A stretch of 64,000 bases of DNA from Camelus dromedarius (GCF_036321535.1 NC_087472.1:97590001-97654000), one strand, 5' to 3'; positions 26,669 to 40,345 are shown, numbered from the stretch's first letter. Numbers and translations: made by a program. The notes: generated from the sequence alone by a model not told the origin.

Positions 26669-27739
26669 TATGAAACCATATATTCGGCCTCGCATAAAAT
26701 GCTTCTTGATTCCCTATTCAAAATTAATTACATTAAGTCTACAAATAATTATCCTAGCATGCTTCGCATTGTCTAATGCCATGATATTTAGGGGAAATGT
26801 TTAATTTAGTTTAATTAAGGAACTAGATTTTCACAAATACATTGTACCTAAAACTATCAGAAAAACAGTAATGACTAGAATTTTTACTTATTAATATCTT
26901 TAGTCTAAACAATAAGTGGTGTAAAGAGTTAAAGATCAGACATGTGTGTGCTAAGGGAGGAAAGGGGCCAGGCTAACCAAGGATCTCTACCTAGTCTATC
27001 GTTTGAAAGTCAATAGGGAAGGGTTATGATAGGGAAACCATAGGTTAGAAAATCTTGCTACCTGACACAAATCTAAGTATCAACATTGGATACTGTGTTA
27101 TAATGAATACTGTTGGCAAGAACTTATTTAATCAATGTGATGTTATCAAACACCATTTTCAGTATATCTTTACTTCACTTACACAGTTAATAAAAATCCA
27201 ATAATTGGCATGTTTGTTACTAACTATCCTAATACAGGTTGTGTTGCTGGGCTGCAGCACAGCCAAGCGAATTGTCCTCCTTGACATTGAGCATCAGAAG
27301 TCTTTGTACTTGCCACTCATTTTGCAAGGTCTCAGGGGACAGACGTTTTGCAATCCCCATGAAATCTTAGTAACAGCCTAAAGGAGAGACTGCAGATGAG
27401 AATGAACAGCCACTATCCCTTTAAACATGACTATATCGCACAGCTGCTATTCATAGCAACTGAAAGCCGGTAATGGTTCTGAACAGAACATGACTGGACG
27501 ATTAAGGTCACCTCTGGCAGCTTTATAAGCAAGTTCATATCCTAATGGCCTCCTGAAATCCTTCTCCTATGATGTAATTGTTCCAAGAGGTGAGACTCTC
27601 TTTGGCTTCTGGAGCATTTTCTTCTTTTTGCCTTTTAGTCACATATCTGAACTTCTATTCACAGTTTCCTCTTTTGAGTGGATCCAGCCATCAGGGAAAT
27701 GATTCAGTAGAGTAACTGCTCTAGAACTTGTTTGAAACC

Positions 27740-28090
27740 ATTACCATTTTTCCATTACTGCTTATTATTGTCTATATATTTTGATTTCATATAGAAAATT
27801 TGAAAAATATAAGAAACTAATCACCCATCATCTCATGATCTAATGAAACTAATATTATTTTCTTCTAATCCCTTTCAGAACCTTCCCTGTGCATATACAG
27901 TACAAAAATAGAGCTTTACTTACTGCAAATAATTTTATGTCTTGCTTTTTCATTTTTATGATGAATTATTTCATATACAAAAAGATACATATAAGATATC
28001 AAAAAATGGAAATATAAATATGCTTGTGAAATGCAACATTTGAAGTTCTCTTTGGGCCTCCTGTATGACCCTTTTCACTCCCTAGTACTT
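27740..28090 (-). mobile_element. Ancient L1ME 3' end fragments
   Basis: tagaaaatttgaaaaatataag...tcacccatcatctca...ttttatgtcttgctttttcattt typical antisense L1ME tail. Confidence 0.5.
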
Positions 28091-28199
28091 GCTGCATCAG
28101 GTAGACAGTAAAGAATATCAATATACAATGTTGGTTACAAAACAATGTATATGTCTTTCTTTGTTCAGTCTTATACGAATGAAAAAAAAATTAGGGGCA

Positions 28200-28636
28200 T
28201 TATGACTCAGGGTCAGCATAGGAAATAGATGGTGGCTCTAAGGGAGACTGGAGGAGAGCTTAATTGAATGTGCTACCTGCAGATGTGTGAGCAGGGTTAG
28301 GGGAAACTAACAAGGCACAATAAAGTGCCCCAAGACTAGCAAAAGTAGGGAGCCATTGCCACTAGTTGGCTTGAAGATATGAGGACACCAAATGGTTCCT
28401 AGCACATAAGCCTGTTAGCATTCAGGAGAGAAATGGAGCCCCTGTTAATTGTATCAAACAAGGAAACACCGTCACCTCAGTCCTTGCTGATCTCCAGGAG
28501 GACTTTCCATTGTCTGCACCCAGCTGAAAGTAGAGGACCAGGAAACTCATTTGATGCAGTATGTAAAAGTCTTTCCCCAGGTCAGTGTGGGGAAAGTTGG
28601 AGAGTAGATCTAGAAGTCCTAGGAGAGTAAACACAT
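28200..28636 (-). mobile_element. Old ERVL-class LTR (LTR67B/LTR79-like)
   Basis: gcagggttaggggaaactaacaagg...ctagcaaaagtagggagccattgccac...ccattg...catttgatgcagt...ggagagtagatctagaag...aaacaca. Confidence 0.65.
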
Positions 28637-29996
28637 GGTGGTTAGTTAATAAATGCAGGTTATTTGATTTGTCTCAAGTCTCAATTTGGATATTTTTTTT
28701 CTAGTACAGACAGGAAGATGGCAGTGGAAGATATTAGAAGCAATAATTTTCAAATATTACCTTGAAAAGGATTTATTTGAATTTGTACAGGAGCTAAAAC
28801 CAGCTCTTAATGTAAATGTTCATTTTGTTTCACTTGACATGTATTATCTGAGATTGTGTACATATTAGAACATGACTGCTCTGGAATTAAAACTCAAGCC
28901 AAAGGTTTTATCCATTTTTGTTTATGTTTTTGTTTTGTTGGTTTATTTTCAGACCAAAAGAAAGCATCTTGAATTGCCCCATTTTAACAGGTCCCAACCA
29001 AGCAGTTGGATTATGTGTATAGGAAAACCTGTTCATCTATCACCTAGCGTTAGTGATAGAGGATGAGCTTTTTAACATATATGTGTTTTTCTTTTCAATG
29101 TCTATATCTGTGTTTATATCAAAAGTAGATTGGTTTTTCCCAGATGCCAATGTAAGCCTTTAATGGACTTTCAAAATATTTTTCCTTGATCTGTTTTTTT
29201 CTCCAGGTAGTGCTTCTTGCTAGAAAATGTATCTATAGAGACCCACGAAGGAAGGAACTTTTACTTCACCTGAAAGGGAAGGACTTAGAAAAACCACTCC
29301 TTTTAACCTTCTTTCCTAAGATTAGATTGCACTTTGCACTATTCATAAAAATGCTTGTCAAATTTTTCTTAATTCTAGAATGAAGGATTAGCACAGCCCT
29401 TGGCACAGAGCAGACTAACTAAACATTTGTTTCTTTCTTTATATCCTTTAGTAATGTAATCTGACATTTGACAGCTCTCTATGAATGTCTATACAGAGAT
29501 TTTGCTGTGATGGATTTCCTTCCTACCAAATTGATGAAAGGGTATTTTTCATAACCAAGATCTGGCTGTTGTGGTCAGGGATCTGGGATAGCAGAGTGAC
29601 TGAGAACTGCATATGCCGTGTACCCGGGGCCAAAGCAGAGGCCAAATCCCAATAACAGAGACCAGTACAACCAAGAAAACAGAGAGGATCAAACCATCAT
29701 GCAGATAAGGGAGACAAACTACAGTGTTCAATTTATGGAAATTCTTATCAGATAAGAGAAAAATTCAGTTGAGAAATAAGTATCTGAAAGCATAAATGAG
29801 AAGTCTGATGTAGAAAAAAAATCTTTGAGGATGTTTAGCCTTTGGAGGGCTCTTTTAATTACTATTCCCTGCCTTTTTCGTGTTTGGATCCTGTTTGCCT
29901 TAAAAGGAGTCAAATAGTGCAAAATTGTCAATATTTATTTTTGATATTTTATTGTAAGGCTTCCAAAGAAGTGTCCCATAGAATTCTTTCAGGAGA

Positions 29997-30045
29997 TTGT
30001 GTGTGTGTGTGTGTGTGGGTGTGGGTGTGGGTGTGGGTGTGGTGG
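29997..30045. repeat. (TG)n followed by (TGGGTG)n compound microsatellite
   Basis: Direct read. Confidence 0.95.
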
Positions 30046-30219
30046 TAGAAGGGTAGGTTCTTGAGGGAGTGGGAGGGATGCTAGGTTCCCATCCTCACAG
30101 GAACTCCAGTAATAAGTCATTGTCAAGCAAGGTTTTCTTGAACAAAGGATTCCAAGTTTTAAAAATATGTTTCAAAACTATTGGACTATCTTAATTGATT
30201 CCTGAAGTATCAGATAAGA

Positions 30220-30546
30220 ATGGGTGTTAGCAAACTACAGCCTATAGTCAAAATCCAGCCTTCCACATTTTTGTATTATCTGTGAGTCAAGAATGATTAT
30301 TACATCTTAACTGTCAAAAAAAATCAAGATATTCAAAACATGTAAAAATTATTTGAAATGTGAACTTCAGTGTTCATAAATAAGGTTTTATTACAACACA
30401 GCCACACACATATTTGTTTATGTATTTTCTGTGGCTGCTTTTGCACTACAACAGCAGAGTTGAGTAGTTGGGACACAGATTCTATGGAATGCAAAGCCTG
30501 AAATATTTACTCTCTGGACCTTTACAGGAAGTTTTTCCACCTCTGG
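30220..30546 (+). mobile_element. MER58B hAT-Charlie MITE
   Basis: gcaaactacagcc...ggctgcttttgcactacaacagcagagttgagtagttg...gcaaagcctgaaatatttactctctggacctttacag. Confidence 0.9.
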
Positions 30547-30699
30547 ATTAGAGCTTTCCAACAATGTGGAAAAAAGGGAACTACTGAGAAACTCCCTCAT
30601 GCAGTTAGGTCTTCTGACTTCCTATTTTCATCTTCTAAAGAATATGTATTTAGCCTTGCCTCATGGAGAAGAAAAGGTTTAGGAATGAGATGGGAACTA

Positions 30700-30900
30700 A
30701 ACGTTTTAGTATCTGCTGTGACCAAGGCACTAGACTGAACACTTGAAACTGCATTAACCTGAGTAATTTTCACAGCTACACTAAGAGATAGATATCTCCG
30801 TTGTCATATCATAGCTTAGGAAATGAGTTCAGAGAGGTTATATGACTTGCATGATATCATTCAGTAGATAAAGGAAGACAGAATATAAACTCTACCCTTC
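30700..30900 (-). mobile_element. MIR SINE
   Basis: ccaaggcactagactgaacact...ggaaatgagttcagagaggttatatgacttgc. Confidence 0.7.
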
Positions 30901-31396
30901 TTATTTTCACTGCGTAGATGCTCCTAAGAGCCATGTATTCTCCATCTTCTCATTATTCCTGTCAATTTCTAGGTTCTTGACCCATCTAAGTTTTTGAAAA
31001 CTGAAGCTGTACCCGGTGGCCTCGTTAAGCACTGAATAAACAAATACTGTGTACTGAGTTCCACATAAGAATATCCAGTGATACAGGAGAACCTACCAAT
31101 ATCATCTCTATTCATTTCCCTACAGTTGTGATTCAACCCCATTAGTAAAGATGAAACTTAATTTGTTGAGCTAAAAGAAGGATATGTTCCCATTATTTTT
31201 CTTTGGAAACTGTCTTTGATCTTTCCACCACTCTTGGCTCTACCATTTAAATCTTCCTTACTTGTTGGTGTTTTATTTCCTTATTTCTAGGTGATATTAT
31301 TCCCAAACATAATTTTTGAACTAAGTTAAATTTGTCTGACTTTTCTGGCCTTATGAATAATCACTCAGTATTTCATTTCCTCTTCCTCCCTATCAC

Positions 31397-31592
31397 CCAG
31401 TGGTGTGCTGGTAAATATTTAAGTAGTGGCTCTCAGAAGTAACAAAAAGTCCTAATTAGTAACATTTGTAGGTTTCCGTGGTATAAATACTCCCATGATG
31501 TCCCATTTCAAGCTACCAAGCTCTTAACATTTCTGAAAACTCAACCACCAGCTCTTGTGAACTTGTATCAGCCAGCTTCAGCATACCACATA
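31397..31592. mobile_element. MER63-like hAT-Blackjack MITE
   Basis: TIRs ccagtggtgtgctgg ... tcagcataccac; internal ttccgtggtataaatactccca and atttcaagctacca. Confidence 0.8.
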
Positions 31593-32639
31593 CCTTATCC
31601 GTTATTGAAGGATTTTATGTGACTAACACAATCTGCCTACCCCCTCAAACCACCTCTCCTCTGTCTGGTCTAATTCTCCTCTCCAGACACTCCATGCTCT
31701 TCCTTAGCAATTTAACTGCTGTACATCCTTTTTTTTTTTCTTCTTGACCCTATCAAGTGACTGACAAACCAAGCTGAGCAATTGACACAAGATGAGATGT
31801 TAATGAATGACAGATTCAGTGGGACAGTAAATGCCTCAAAGGAACAGTTGTCAGAAACAGAAAACGAATAATGGCTTCGAAATAGCAATGGTGAATACGG
31901 ATTAGGTCTAGGAGGTAGGAGGAACATCTGGTGAAGAGGTTGGGATATAAGATAGTTTACCATGAAGTAGGAGTTCCCATGGGACCCAATAGGAAGGTTT
32001 AAGAGGAAGAATAATGTGGGGCATGGTCTAGGTAGGCCTATATAAAGCAATATGGAAATGACAGTTTGAAAGAATGTGGATAATCCAAGGATTGGCCAAC
32101 CTGGGCAGTGGTCAAGAATAACAAATACGTGAACATGGCAAGTTGAGCTGATTTCAAGGCTTCCAGGAGAATCAGGTGCAGTGTATTAGGAGTAGACTAG
32201 AAAGTGTGGGTTGTGCACTCAGAATAAACTAGTAATGAACTGGATTAAGTTTGTTTCAGAGGGAGTCCTAACTCAGGGGAATAAGTGTGACATGGGATTT
32301 TTTGGTTTCTAGGGATCTGAGTGAGAAGGAGAATCCACCTCTGTGGAAGAATTCAACTTTGGTGTGGAAAGGGTCAATAGTCTGGATTGACTACATGCTC
32401 CCTTGGAATAAGCTTAGTGTCCCATAATTCTCACTTAGAGCCCCTGTCTCTGTGCATGGAGGCTAAATTGCTGTCTGTTTTTGTCCTTAAATTCATTTGT
32501 CCCTTATTCTTGAGAGATTTGTTCCAGCATTTACCTGTTCCCTTTCTAGCTTCTCCTTCTGATAGCTGCTTCTTTGACTTTAAGATTTTTCTTATTGGGT
32601 AAATAATCTCCATTTGATTATCTTTTTCCAGCTAGCAAT

Positions 32640-33115
32640 AGCCTTGTGTGTTCCGTGTTCCTGCGTTTCAAACATCCAGCATTGTAAGTGAATTTGTAGA
32701 CTGTCTTTCTCCATTTCCTTTCCACCCATTCCCTTATTACTCTTTGAAACTCTGCTTTGCTCCTTGAACAAAACTTAGCTCTCTGAAATTAAAAAAAAAT
32801 AACTTATTATTGAGAAATCCAATAGCTTTACCTCTGTCAACTTTTACCAAGATTTTCTGCTGACTTTGGCATTGTTGACCATTTCCTCTTCTATACTCTT
32901 TTCTCAGATTCATTTAAAAAATGCTCCATCATTATTCTCTTTTAGCCAATCCAATGAAATATTTAAAATTATCCTACTTTCTCTTCTAATTTCCTAATAT
33001 GTATATTTCCAACTCTTGATCCACAACTTTCATGTAAAAAATGAACTTTAACCTCTGAGTCCAAGTTTTTTCTCCTTAATTCCCAGTTCTATCTTCTCTC
33101 TCAAATTATGTGTCT
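32640..33115 (+). mobile_element. L2 RT-region fragment
   Basis: gattttctgctgactttggcattgttgaccat = DFSADFGIVDH (L2 DLSAAFDTVDH). Confidence 0.7.
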
Positions 33116-33124
33116 AAATATTTA

Positions 33125-34765
33125 TAGGAGGAAAAGGAAGGAAATAGTTATGGTAGAAGCTGGCTAGATTCCTTATTTTATAGATTTGAATTTAGAACCA
33201 TGTAAATGTTCTGCATCATTATGAAGAATTATTTTAAAAGGCAGTTTGTAAACATCAAAACGAAATGAATGTAATGGTGTTGGTGATAATGTTTTAACTA
33301 CTATTCTGAAACTGTCCTGTATGTGTTGTGCGATAAAGCAAATTAATAATTATATTGATGTCACTGAGAACTCAGATATCTGTCAGGCAAAAAAAGGGAA
33401 GCGCATGTAAGTCTGAGGAGGTTAAATAAAAATACTTCAGTTTTAAATTTGAATTAGAATTATCATACGTGATCTTTTGTCTTAACAACAACAAAAAAAG
33501 CCCCAAAACATTTCCTAGCTCTGCAACAAGGTCTAGGAACAATGAAAAAACAATAACGAAGAGCACTTTTAAGTACCCAGATTGTGATCTCAAAATACTG
33601 CTTCCTGTTAAAGGAACCAGGGCTTCTCACAGAAATGTCTGATCCCTGGTTTGGGACATAAAATGTAAAAGCCAAGCAAGGAACATCTTTTCAAGGCAGA
33701 AAACAAGGAAGCTATCATCACTATTAAGGTCATATCTTAAAGAGCTAACTTGAAGCATCTCCCACTGACTGCCCCAAATGGGAACGTTTACAAGGGATTT
33801 AAATACATCAAATATGTTTAATACATGAATCCATACTGCTAATAAGAAAAGCTTACTAGTCACCTTTGGAGAATGCTAAAAATATAACACATAGTTTTTA
33901 AAGCTATTATAAAGAAGAATAATCAAGCATTTATTCTGCATATCCTGTATGAACTGTATTTCAGGGTAATCAAATAGATAATGAAGATAAATTTCTCTTT
34001 ATAGAATTCTAGCAAACAAATGAAAGAGTGGTAAAATTAGAATATCATCAATTTACAATGTTTAATGAATTATTAGATCTAAAACAGACACAATCAGATA
34101 TTATGTTCTCCTGCCTGGAAATTCACTGTAGCACTTAGGAAGTATTCTTGACAAGAAATAAAATAAAATCTGAGTCTGATGAAACCTCTTGTTCTAACTA
34201 TTTACAGTAAATTCATTGAAGAGAGGAACATGTTAACACTATTAGGATGCAATCAGCAAAACTTTGAAAAACTGTACAGGACAAATGATCCAATTTCTTT
34301 AAGAAACTACATGGGAAAAAAAGAGATGGAGAGGTAACCTATTGATTAATAGAGACTTCCCAATCAGTTGCAATGTGTAGACTTTATTTGTATACTGATT
34401 GACATAAACAAGTTTTTAAAAAATTGATGAGATAGTTGGAGAACTTTAATCATTGGCTGAATATTTGATAATAATGAGTTATTATAGTTTGGGTTTTTTG
34501 TGGGATAACAGTATTGAAGCTATGTTTTAAAAAGACTACTTACCTTTTGGTAGTGTATACTGAAATACATAGGGATTAAATGATATGATGTCTTAGATTT
34601 ACTTCAGTGTAATAAAGGAGAGAGGAAGTAGATTGGGGTTTAGATGAAGTAAAATTACTAACAAAGTGATAATTGTTGCATCTAGTAATGGGCACATAGG
34701 GATTTATCATTTACTTCTCTCAATTTTGTATATGTTGGAGATTTTTTTCTAGTATAAAATTTTAA
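33125..34765 (+). mobile_element. L1MC4/5-like 3' UTR
   Basis: ctagctctg...ggtctaggaacaatga...cccagattgtgatctcaaaatac...aaaggaaccagggcttct...gatgcaatcagcaaa...atttgataataatgag. Confidence 0.8.
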
Positions 34766-35575
34766 AAGAACTAAAATAATTGTAAAATAAATTTAAATTA
34801 TTAATTACATAATAAAGCAAGGAACCTAAATGATAACCAGTTAGAAAATAGTGTAAGAGCAGATTCCATTTATAATAAGAGGTTAAGTTATTTTTGTAAA
34901 AACCTAAGCATAAACACGACAAAAAGAGGCACAAAACCCATATAATGATAGATATAAAATATTCTTAAAAGACATAATAGATCTGAACATACATAAGGAT
35001 ATCCTATATTTTTTGGAAGAACACAACATGATAAAGATACCAGCTTTTCCAAAGTTGATTTATGTCTGTTTTCCCTAGGTTGATCTATGAATCTAATGAA
35101 ATCCAGGCAAGAATAGAATTTTTCCTATTGTTAGACAAGTTAATTATAAAGTTTATCTAGGAAAAAATACCTGGGAAAGCCCTAAAGAGCAACGGATAGT
35201 AGAAGGTAGACCAAATGAGATGTTAAAGCACATTATAGCACCTAAATAATTAAAATAATGTGGTATTATTATCACATGGACAGATATCCTAGTAAAACAA
35301 AAAAGAAATCCAGAAACGGACCTAAACATATATGAAAATTTAGACTTTTAGAATAATGAAAACTTTTCAAATAAGTGGGAAAATAATTTTTAATGTTATT
35401 GGGACCACTGACAATTATAAAAATATAAGATTATCTCAGTTTCTCAAACCATTTCAAATGGATCATAGATTTAATGTATCAAAACTATTCAAATAGTTTA
35501 AGAAGCCATAGATGGGTACCTTATTAGCTGTTGTTTTATCCCTTTGTTTCATTTCTTAGAGTGGAGAGAATTTCC

Positions 35576-36142
35576 CATGGTAAATGCTTTGATGTGCCGC
35601 CCAGATCCTCTTCAGGAATGAAGAGCTTATTCTCCTAGCATTGGGAGTCCTTTGATCCATAGCTATTAGTCCCAGGGATTCTATTACAGACTGAAATGTT
35701 TGTGTCCCTTCTGTGATTCATACGTTGAATCTGTAACCTCCAAAATTATGGTATTAGAAGGTTTAGGCTCTGGGAAATAATTAGGTTTAGATGAGGTCAT
35801 GAGGGTGGAGCCCCATAATGGTATTAGTGTCATTATAAGAAGACGAAGATAAACTGGAGCCTTCTCTCTGCATGCATACAAAGAGGTCACGTGAGTACAG
35901 AGAGATGGCAGGCATCTGCAAGCCAGGTAGAGGGCTCTCACCAAGAACCAAATCTGCTGGCACCTTGATCTTCGATTTCCCGGCTTCCAGGACTGTGAGA
36001 AACAAGTGTTTCTTATTTAAGCTACCTGGTGTATGGTATTTTATTATAGCAACCTGAGCTGACTAAGACAGTTTCCTTAATAAAGTCTAGCACTATAGTT
36101 TCCATCTCAGAGTTAGCTTCCTGGGGAACCTAACTTGTGACA
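35576..36142 (+). mobile_element. ERVL LTR16-family solo LTR split by MLT1A
   Basis: 5' gatgtgccgcccagatcctcttcagga; 3' ccttaataaa...tccatctcagagttagcttcctggggaacctaacttgtgaca; TSD-like tttcc/tttct. Confidence 0.8.
35682..36070 (+). mobile_element. MaLR solo LTR (MLT1A-like)
   Basis: gactgaaatgtttgtgtccc...gatgaggtcatgagggtggagcccc...gctggcaccttgatcttcgatttcccggcttccaggactgtgagaaa...gctgactaagaca; TSD gattc/gtttc. Confidence 0.92.
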
Positions 36143-38240
36143 TTTCTGATAATTAAAAATACAGAAACAATAAAAGAAAAGACTGATAAGTTTGATTAGG
36201 AAGATAGAGATATGGTATACAGATATGTATTTTATAAAGTTGTTGCACAGCAAAAACAAATAACCACAAGCAAAGTAAAAACTGGGGAAAATATGTGCAA
36301 ATAATATCACAAATTATATCACTAACATTTAAAGAGTTTCTAAAAATCGAGTGGAAAAATATCAACAATCCGATTTTTTTAAAAAGAGCTAAAGATATGA
36401 ACAATAGTTCACAGAAAAAGAAACACATATGACTCTTACCTTATGAAAATCGAATACTATCGAACATTATTAATTCTTTTAGCTTTTGACTCAGAGTTTC
36501 CACAAAGATAGGCATCTATCCCAAAGATACATTGGCAAAAATTATGGACTAATATATGCCCAAAGTTGATTGTAGCGCTGACTGTAATAGGAAAAGATTG
36601 AATTTAGTTACATTTTAAAAGAAAGCATAGAAGAATAAGCAAAAACATTTTTAAAAAATGGTTGCTTACAGGGGATAGAGGGAAGATGGCAGAGGAGATG
36701 GAAGTAGAAGCTGGATCTCTCTGAATGAATGTATCTTACTGTATAATTTTGACTTTGAAACCATAAAAATGGTTTTCATAATTAAAAACAAAGTTAAAGT
36801 CTGAAAAAAAAATTCAGTCTCTAATAAGAAAAACCAAACTAAAGCAAATGAGGTCAAATGTCTCTCTAATTGGTGGCATAACCATGATGAGAAAAATTAT
36901 TTCAAGGGACTAAAATATAGTATTTTGACTCTATTTCTAGGTGGCAAAAATAATTACAAATAAATGTTAATTGTGTTCAGAAGTCTTATTATTAGTAATT
37001 TTTGAATTATTTTGAAACTATGATACATAGATATAAAAATAGTAGTAGGACAGAGAATATAAATAATTATGCTAATATCATATAAGAAACAAGATTTTAA
37101 ATATAAGGAAAAAGATTCAGAAAATCAAAGTTATAAATAAAAAGCCTGGCAATCTTAAATTAAAATTCAAAATGCAAGTATGAATAAATAACAGACCAAG
37201 GTGCTGTGTCAAAAGGACACACCCTAAGATGGGAAAATTTGAATACCAAAAACTAAATCATTAATGTAATAGCTTGTAACATCATCAGACATACAAATCC
37301 AGTGACTTTATAGTGGTACTAAAAATAAACTTCCTTGATCACCTTTAGAAGTTACTACATCAACTCAATATGCCAAAAAATAGTTAACAGTAAGAATCAA
37401 GAATTTGTACTGCTTTTTATGTAAACATGGATTTCAAGATAACAGAATAACTGATGAAAGTTCTCCTTCATTGACAAATTATAGCTGATAAATGCTTTTT
37501 AAAAAGTGATAAAATTTAAGTCACCACTTTGCAACCCTTTTTGGAATAACAGATGCAGGTTAAAATTATCGATGCTAAAACTATGAGATAAATGATGGGA
37601 AACTTTACAGTAGATGAATCAGACTTGTGAAATTTCAACCCACTTACCAATATTAACATCACTAGAATTGCCTCCTAAGTGATGGAGGAAGGACACAGCA
37701 CCACCTATGAATATTCTCTCTCACACACACATACACATACTATATATAATATGTAACATATATATATATATGTATAGGTTTACGTTGAAACTTATTATCT
37801 TAGAACAAAGACCTTAATTTCTTATTTCTATATCTTTAAAAATATTTATTCTCTTTATAGATGTGTTTATCACTGTATCTCTATTTCTAGTATTTTGTCT
37901 TAAATTTCAAATTTTAAATATCATTTGAAAGTCACCATTTTATGTTTGAAGTTGTGTAACTCTTATTTTGACCTTTCATTTTTTCCCTTTTTGTTTTAAT
38001 TTTGTCTTGCATTATTCTTAGTTTTAATTTTAATATCTTCTTAATCTTACACTTCCCAGTTATTATCTTAGATGTTTGCCTTTTAGTTTTTGCTAGTTTC
38101 ATTTTACTTTGCTTTTGTTTATAGTGCCCAACAAAAGTGGGGCCCCAAGGAGAGTGGAACTGAAGACAGTCCATGCTATGAAAAGGAATCCTAGAGGTTT
38201 CTTCTCTGCAGGCACTCATAGAGTAGTTCTTAGCACCTAC

Positions 38241-38257
38241 TAATGATGATGATGATG

Positions 38258-38323
<66 letters not shown>
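38241..38323. repeat. (GAT)n(AAT)n compound trinucleotide microsatellite
   Basis: Direct read. Confidence 0.98.
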
Positions 38324-38324
<1 letters not shown>

Positions 38325-39889
38325 CGCTCATTATTTACAAGAATGTCTCTCCCAAACCACATTTTTGTGCAACTCAGTAGAGGAGCTATTAAATCTTACA
38401 AGGTAAAAGTTAATTCTCTGCAAAGATGGAATGCTTTTGGTACTAGAATCCTCCCGGTGTTACTTGGCAACCAGTTCTTATATGAGAAACTATGTGTTTC
38501 AAAATCTACATAAATCCATAAGACAGGGAACAAACAATACTTTAAAGTAGGGAAATACGAGACAGGTAGTTATACATATACAAGGATTCATCATATGTCT
38601 CCCTTACTATGACCCGGGTGAGGAAGCAGGGAATGTTAAACAGCTTGAAAGATCATCAAGCTGAATTTAAAGATCAATATAATTTTCGTGTTTCCACTTT
38701 ATCATGTTGAGTTGAAATAGACAGAATAATTTATTCATATTATCACTGATTGTAGCTGATTTCTTACTACAAAGCTGTATTCAGAAAGAAATCGGTTCAA
38801 TTATAAATGTTTTAAACTGTCTTATGAAGTCAAACTTTTCTCAGATTTGCCTTTCTACTTTGGTGTGTTTTAGTTCCTCACCATAAACCTGTGTTTGTTG
38901 ATATTATATGATTAGTGACTATTTTCCTCTAAATTACATACAGAAGTTACATATGAGGAGCTAGAAAATTTAACAACAACAACAAAAGATTGATCAGTTA
39001 GGTTCTTAAAATCATATATAATAAGAGTACATCTTGTAGGCAGAATAAAACACTATGTTGAAACAACTAAATTTTATCCTAAATTTTCCATAAGTGTTCA
39101 GAAAATCAGAAGCCTGGAAACAAAAGCTCACGTCGTGATATTTTATTTGTGATTATAGTTTATATTTTATGTATACTCTTTGTTAATAAAATGGTTTATA
39201 GGCATTTCAAGAATGATTATAGGAAAAGAAACTAACTTTAAAAGCTGGGATGCTTTGCTGCTATTAAGCAAAGAAGAATTCAAAGATATTATTTGGAATG
39301 GAAATCTAATGAAGATTTGTCTAAAATATACATTGAAATGTTCAGAACATTTCAATTAATTTGGTCTTCTGTTTCAAAGCTTGATTATCCTTATGGAGAA
39401 GAATCTCAAAATCATTGGTTTTCAGTCCTGATCCACTTTTTTGATGATTGTGCTGATATTCTAAGACACTGACATCATGGCAACCTGAGAAAATAAACAC
39501 TACTCTAGACATCTGTATCCTTGTTTTCACACCTTGAATGAAGCACATATGCTGTACCTCGCTTTCTTCTTTTCTATTTTAGTAAAGAACCAATCAGAAA
39601 AGTCATACAAACCTTAAAATTGTTAATACTCTATGAAACAAAATTTTCACTTCTAGGAATTTACCATGATAAAAAATTGGACAAGTATGTAAATATATGT
39701 ATATGATTATAATGTGCTGTTATAGTCATGCTTACATATTACCATAGCACCATTTATAGTACAAAAATAAAAGGAAACAACTTAAATGTCCAACAAAAGG
39801 GGATTGTTAAATAATTTAGGATAACCTATACAATGATATATAATGAAGTCATTGAAAATAAAGATAGCAATGCACTCTTACTTGTAGAA

Positions 39890-40060
39890 AAGAAGTTGCT
39901 AATCAGTGGGTATAAAGTTTCAATTGTGCAGGATGAATGGGTGCTGGAGATCTGCTGTACAACATAGTGCCTAGAGTTAACAATACTGTATTGTACACTT
40001 AAAAATCTGTTAAGAGGGTAGATCTCATGTTGTGTCCTTACAATAAAAAAATTATTTTAA
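39890..40060 (+). mobile_element. L1MA-like 3' terminal fragment within older L1ME debris
   Basis: gggtataaagtttca...gagatctgctgtacaacatagtgcct...aacaatactgtattgtacacttaaaa...taagagggtagatctcatgtt...aataaa. Confidence 0.85.
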
Positions 40061-40212
40061 AGATCACAGTCATATGTAACCTTGAAAAGGAGAGTACAAA
40101 TAATATCTGGCGAATAACACCATGTTTTTGTCTCTGTGTGTGTATGTATTGTGTGTGTACTTTATATATATATATAAATTCTTGAAGGCTATACAGCAAA
40201 ATGATAAAGGTT

Positions 40213-40345
40213 GCTGTAAACTCCATGAGGACAGGAAATTTTGAATATTTCTTTTTTACTGCTGAATCTGCAGTGCCTAAAATGCTGCCTGGCTCATAGA
40301 ACATATTCAACAGATATTTGTAGAATTAATGAATAAATAAATGGT
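40213..40345 (+). mobile_element. L2 3' end
   Basis: gtaaactccatgaggacagg...cagtgcctaaaa...gcctggctcatag...atatttgtagaattaatgaataaataaatg. Confidence 0.85.

Larger units (their letters stand above)
34800..37715 (+). mobile_element. Old L1M (L1MC-like) ORF2 3' portion and 3' UTR, interrupted by LTR16/MLT1A
   Basis: Degenerate ORF2 phrases (ttccaaagttgattta, gaaatccagaaacggaccta, aaagatatgaacaatagttcacagaaaa) continue on both sides of 35576-36142, followed by an L1MC-type UTR. Confidence 0.75.

Noticed and set aside
29186..29383. Strong-looking acceptor ttttttctccag followed by an open frame
   Set aside because: No matching donor, runs into L2-like tail sequence, no homology recognised
30418..30600. 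ORF ...VPTTQLCCCSAKAAT (and similar ORFs at 44365 and 35684-36057)
   Set aside because: Spurious translations of MER58 and MLT1A repeats
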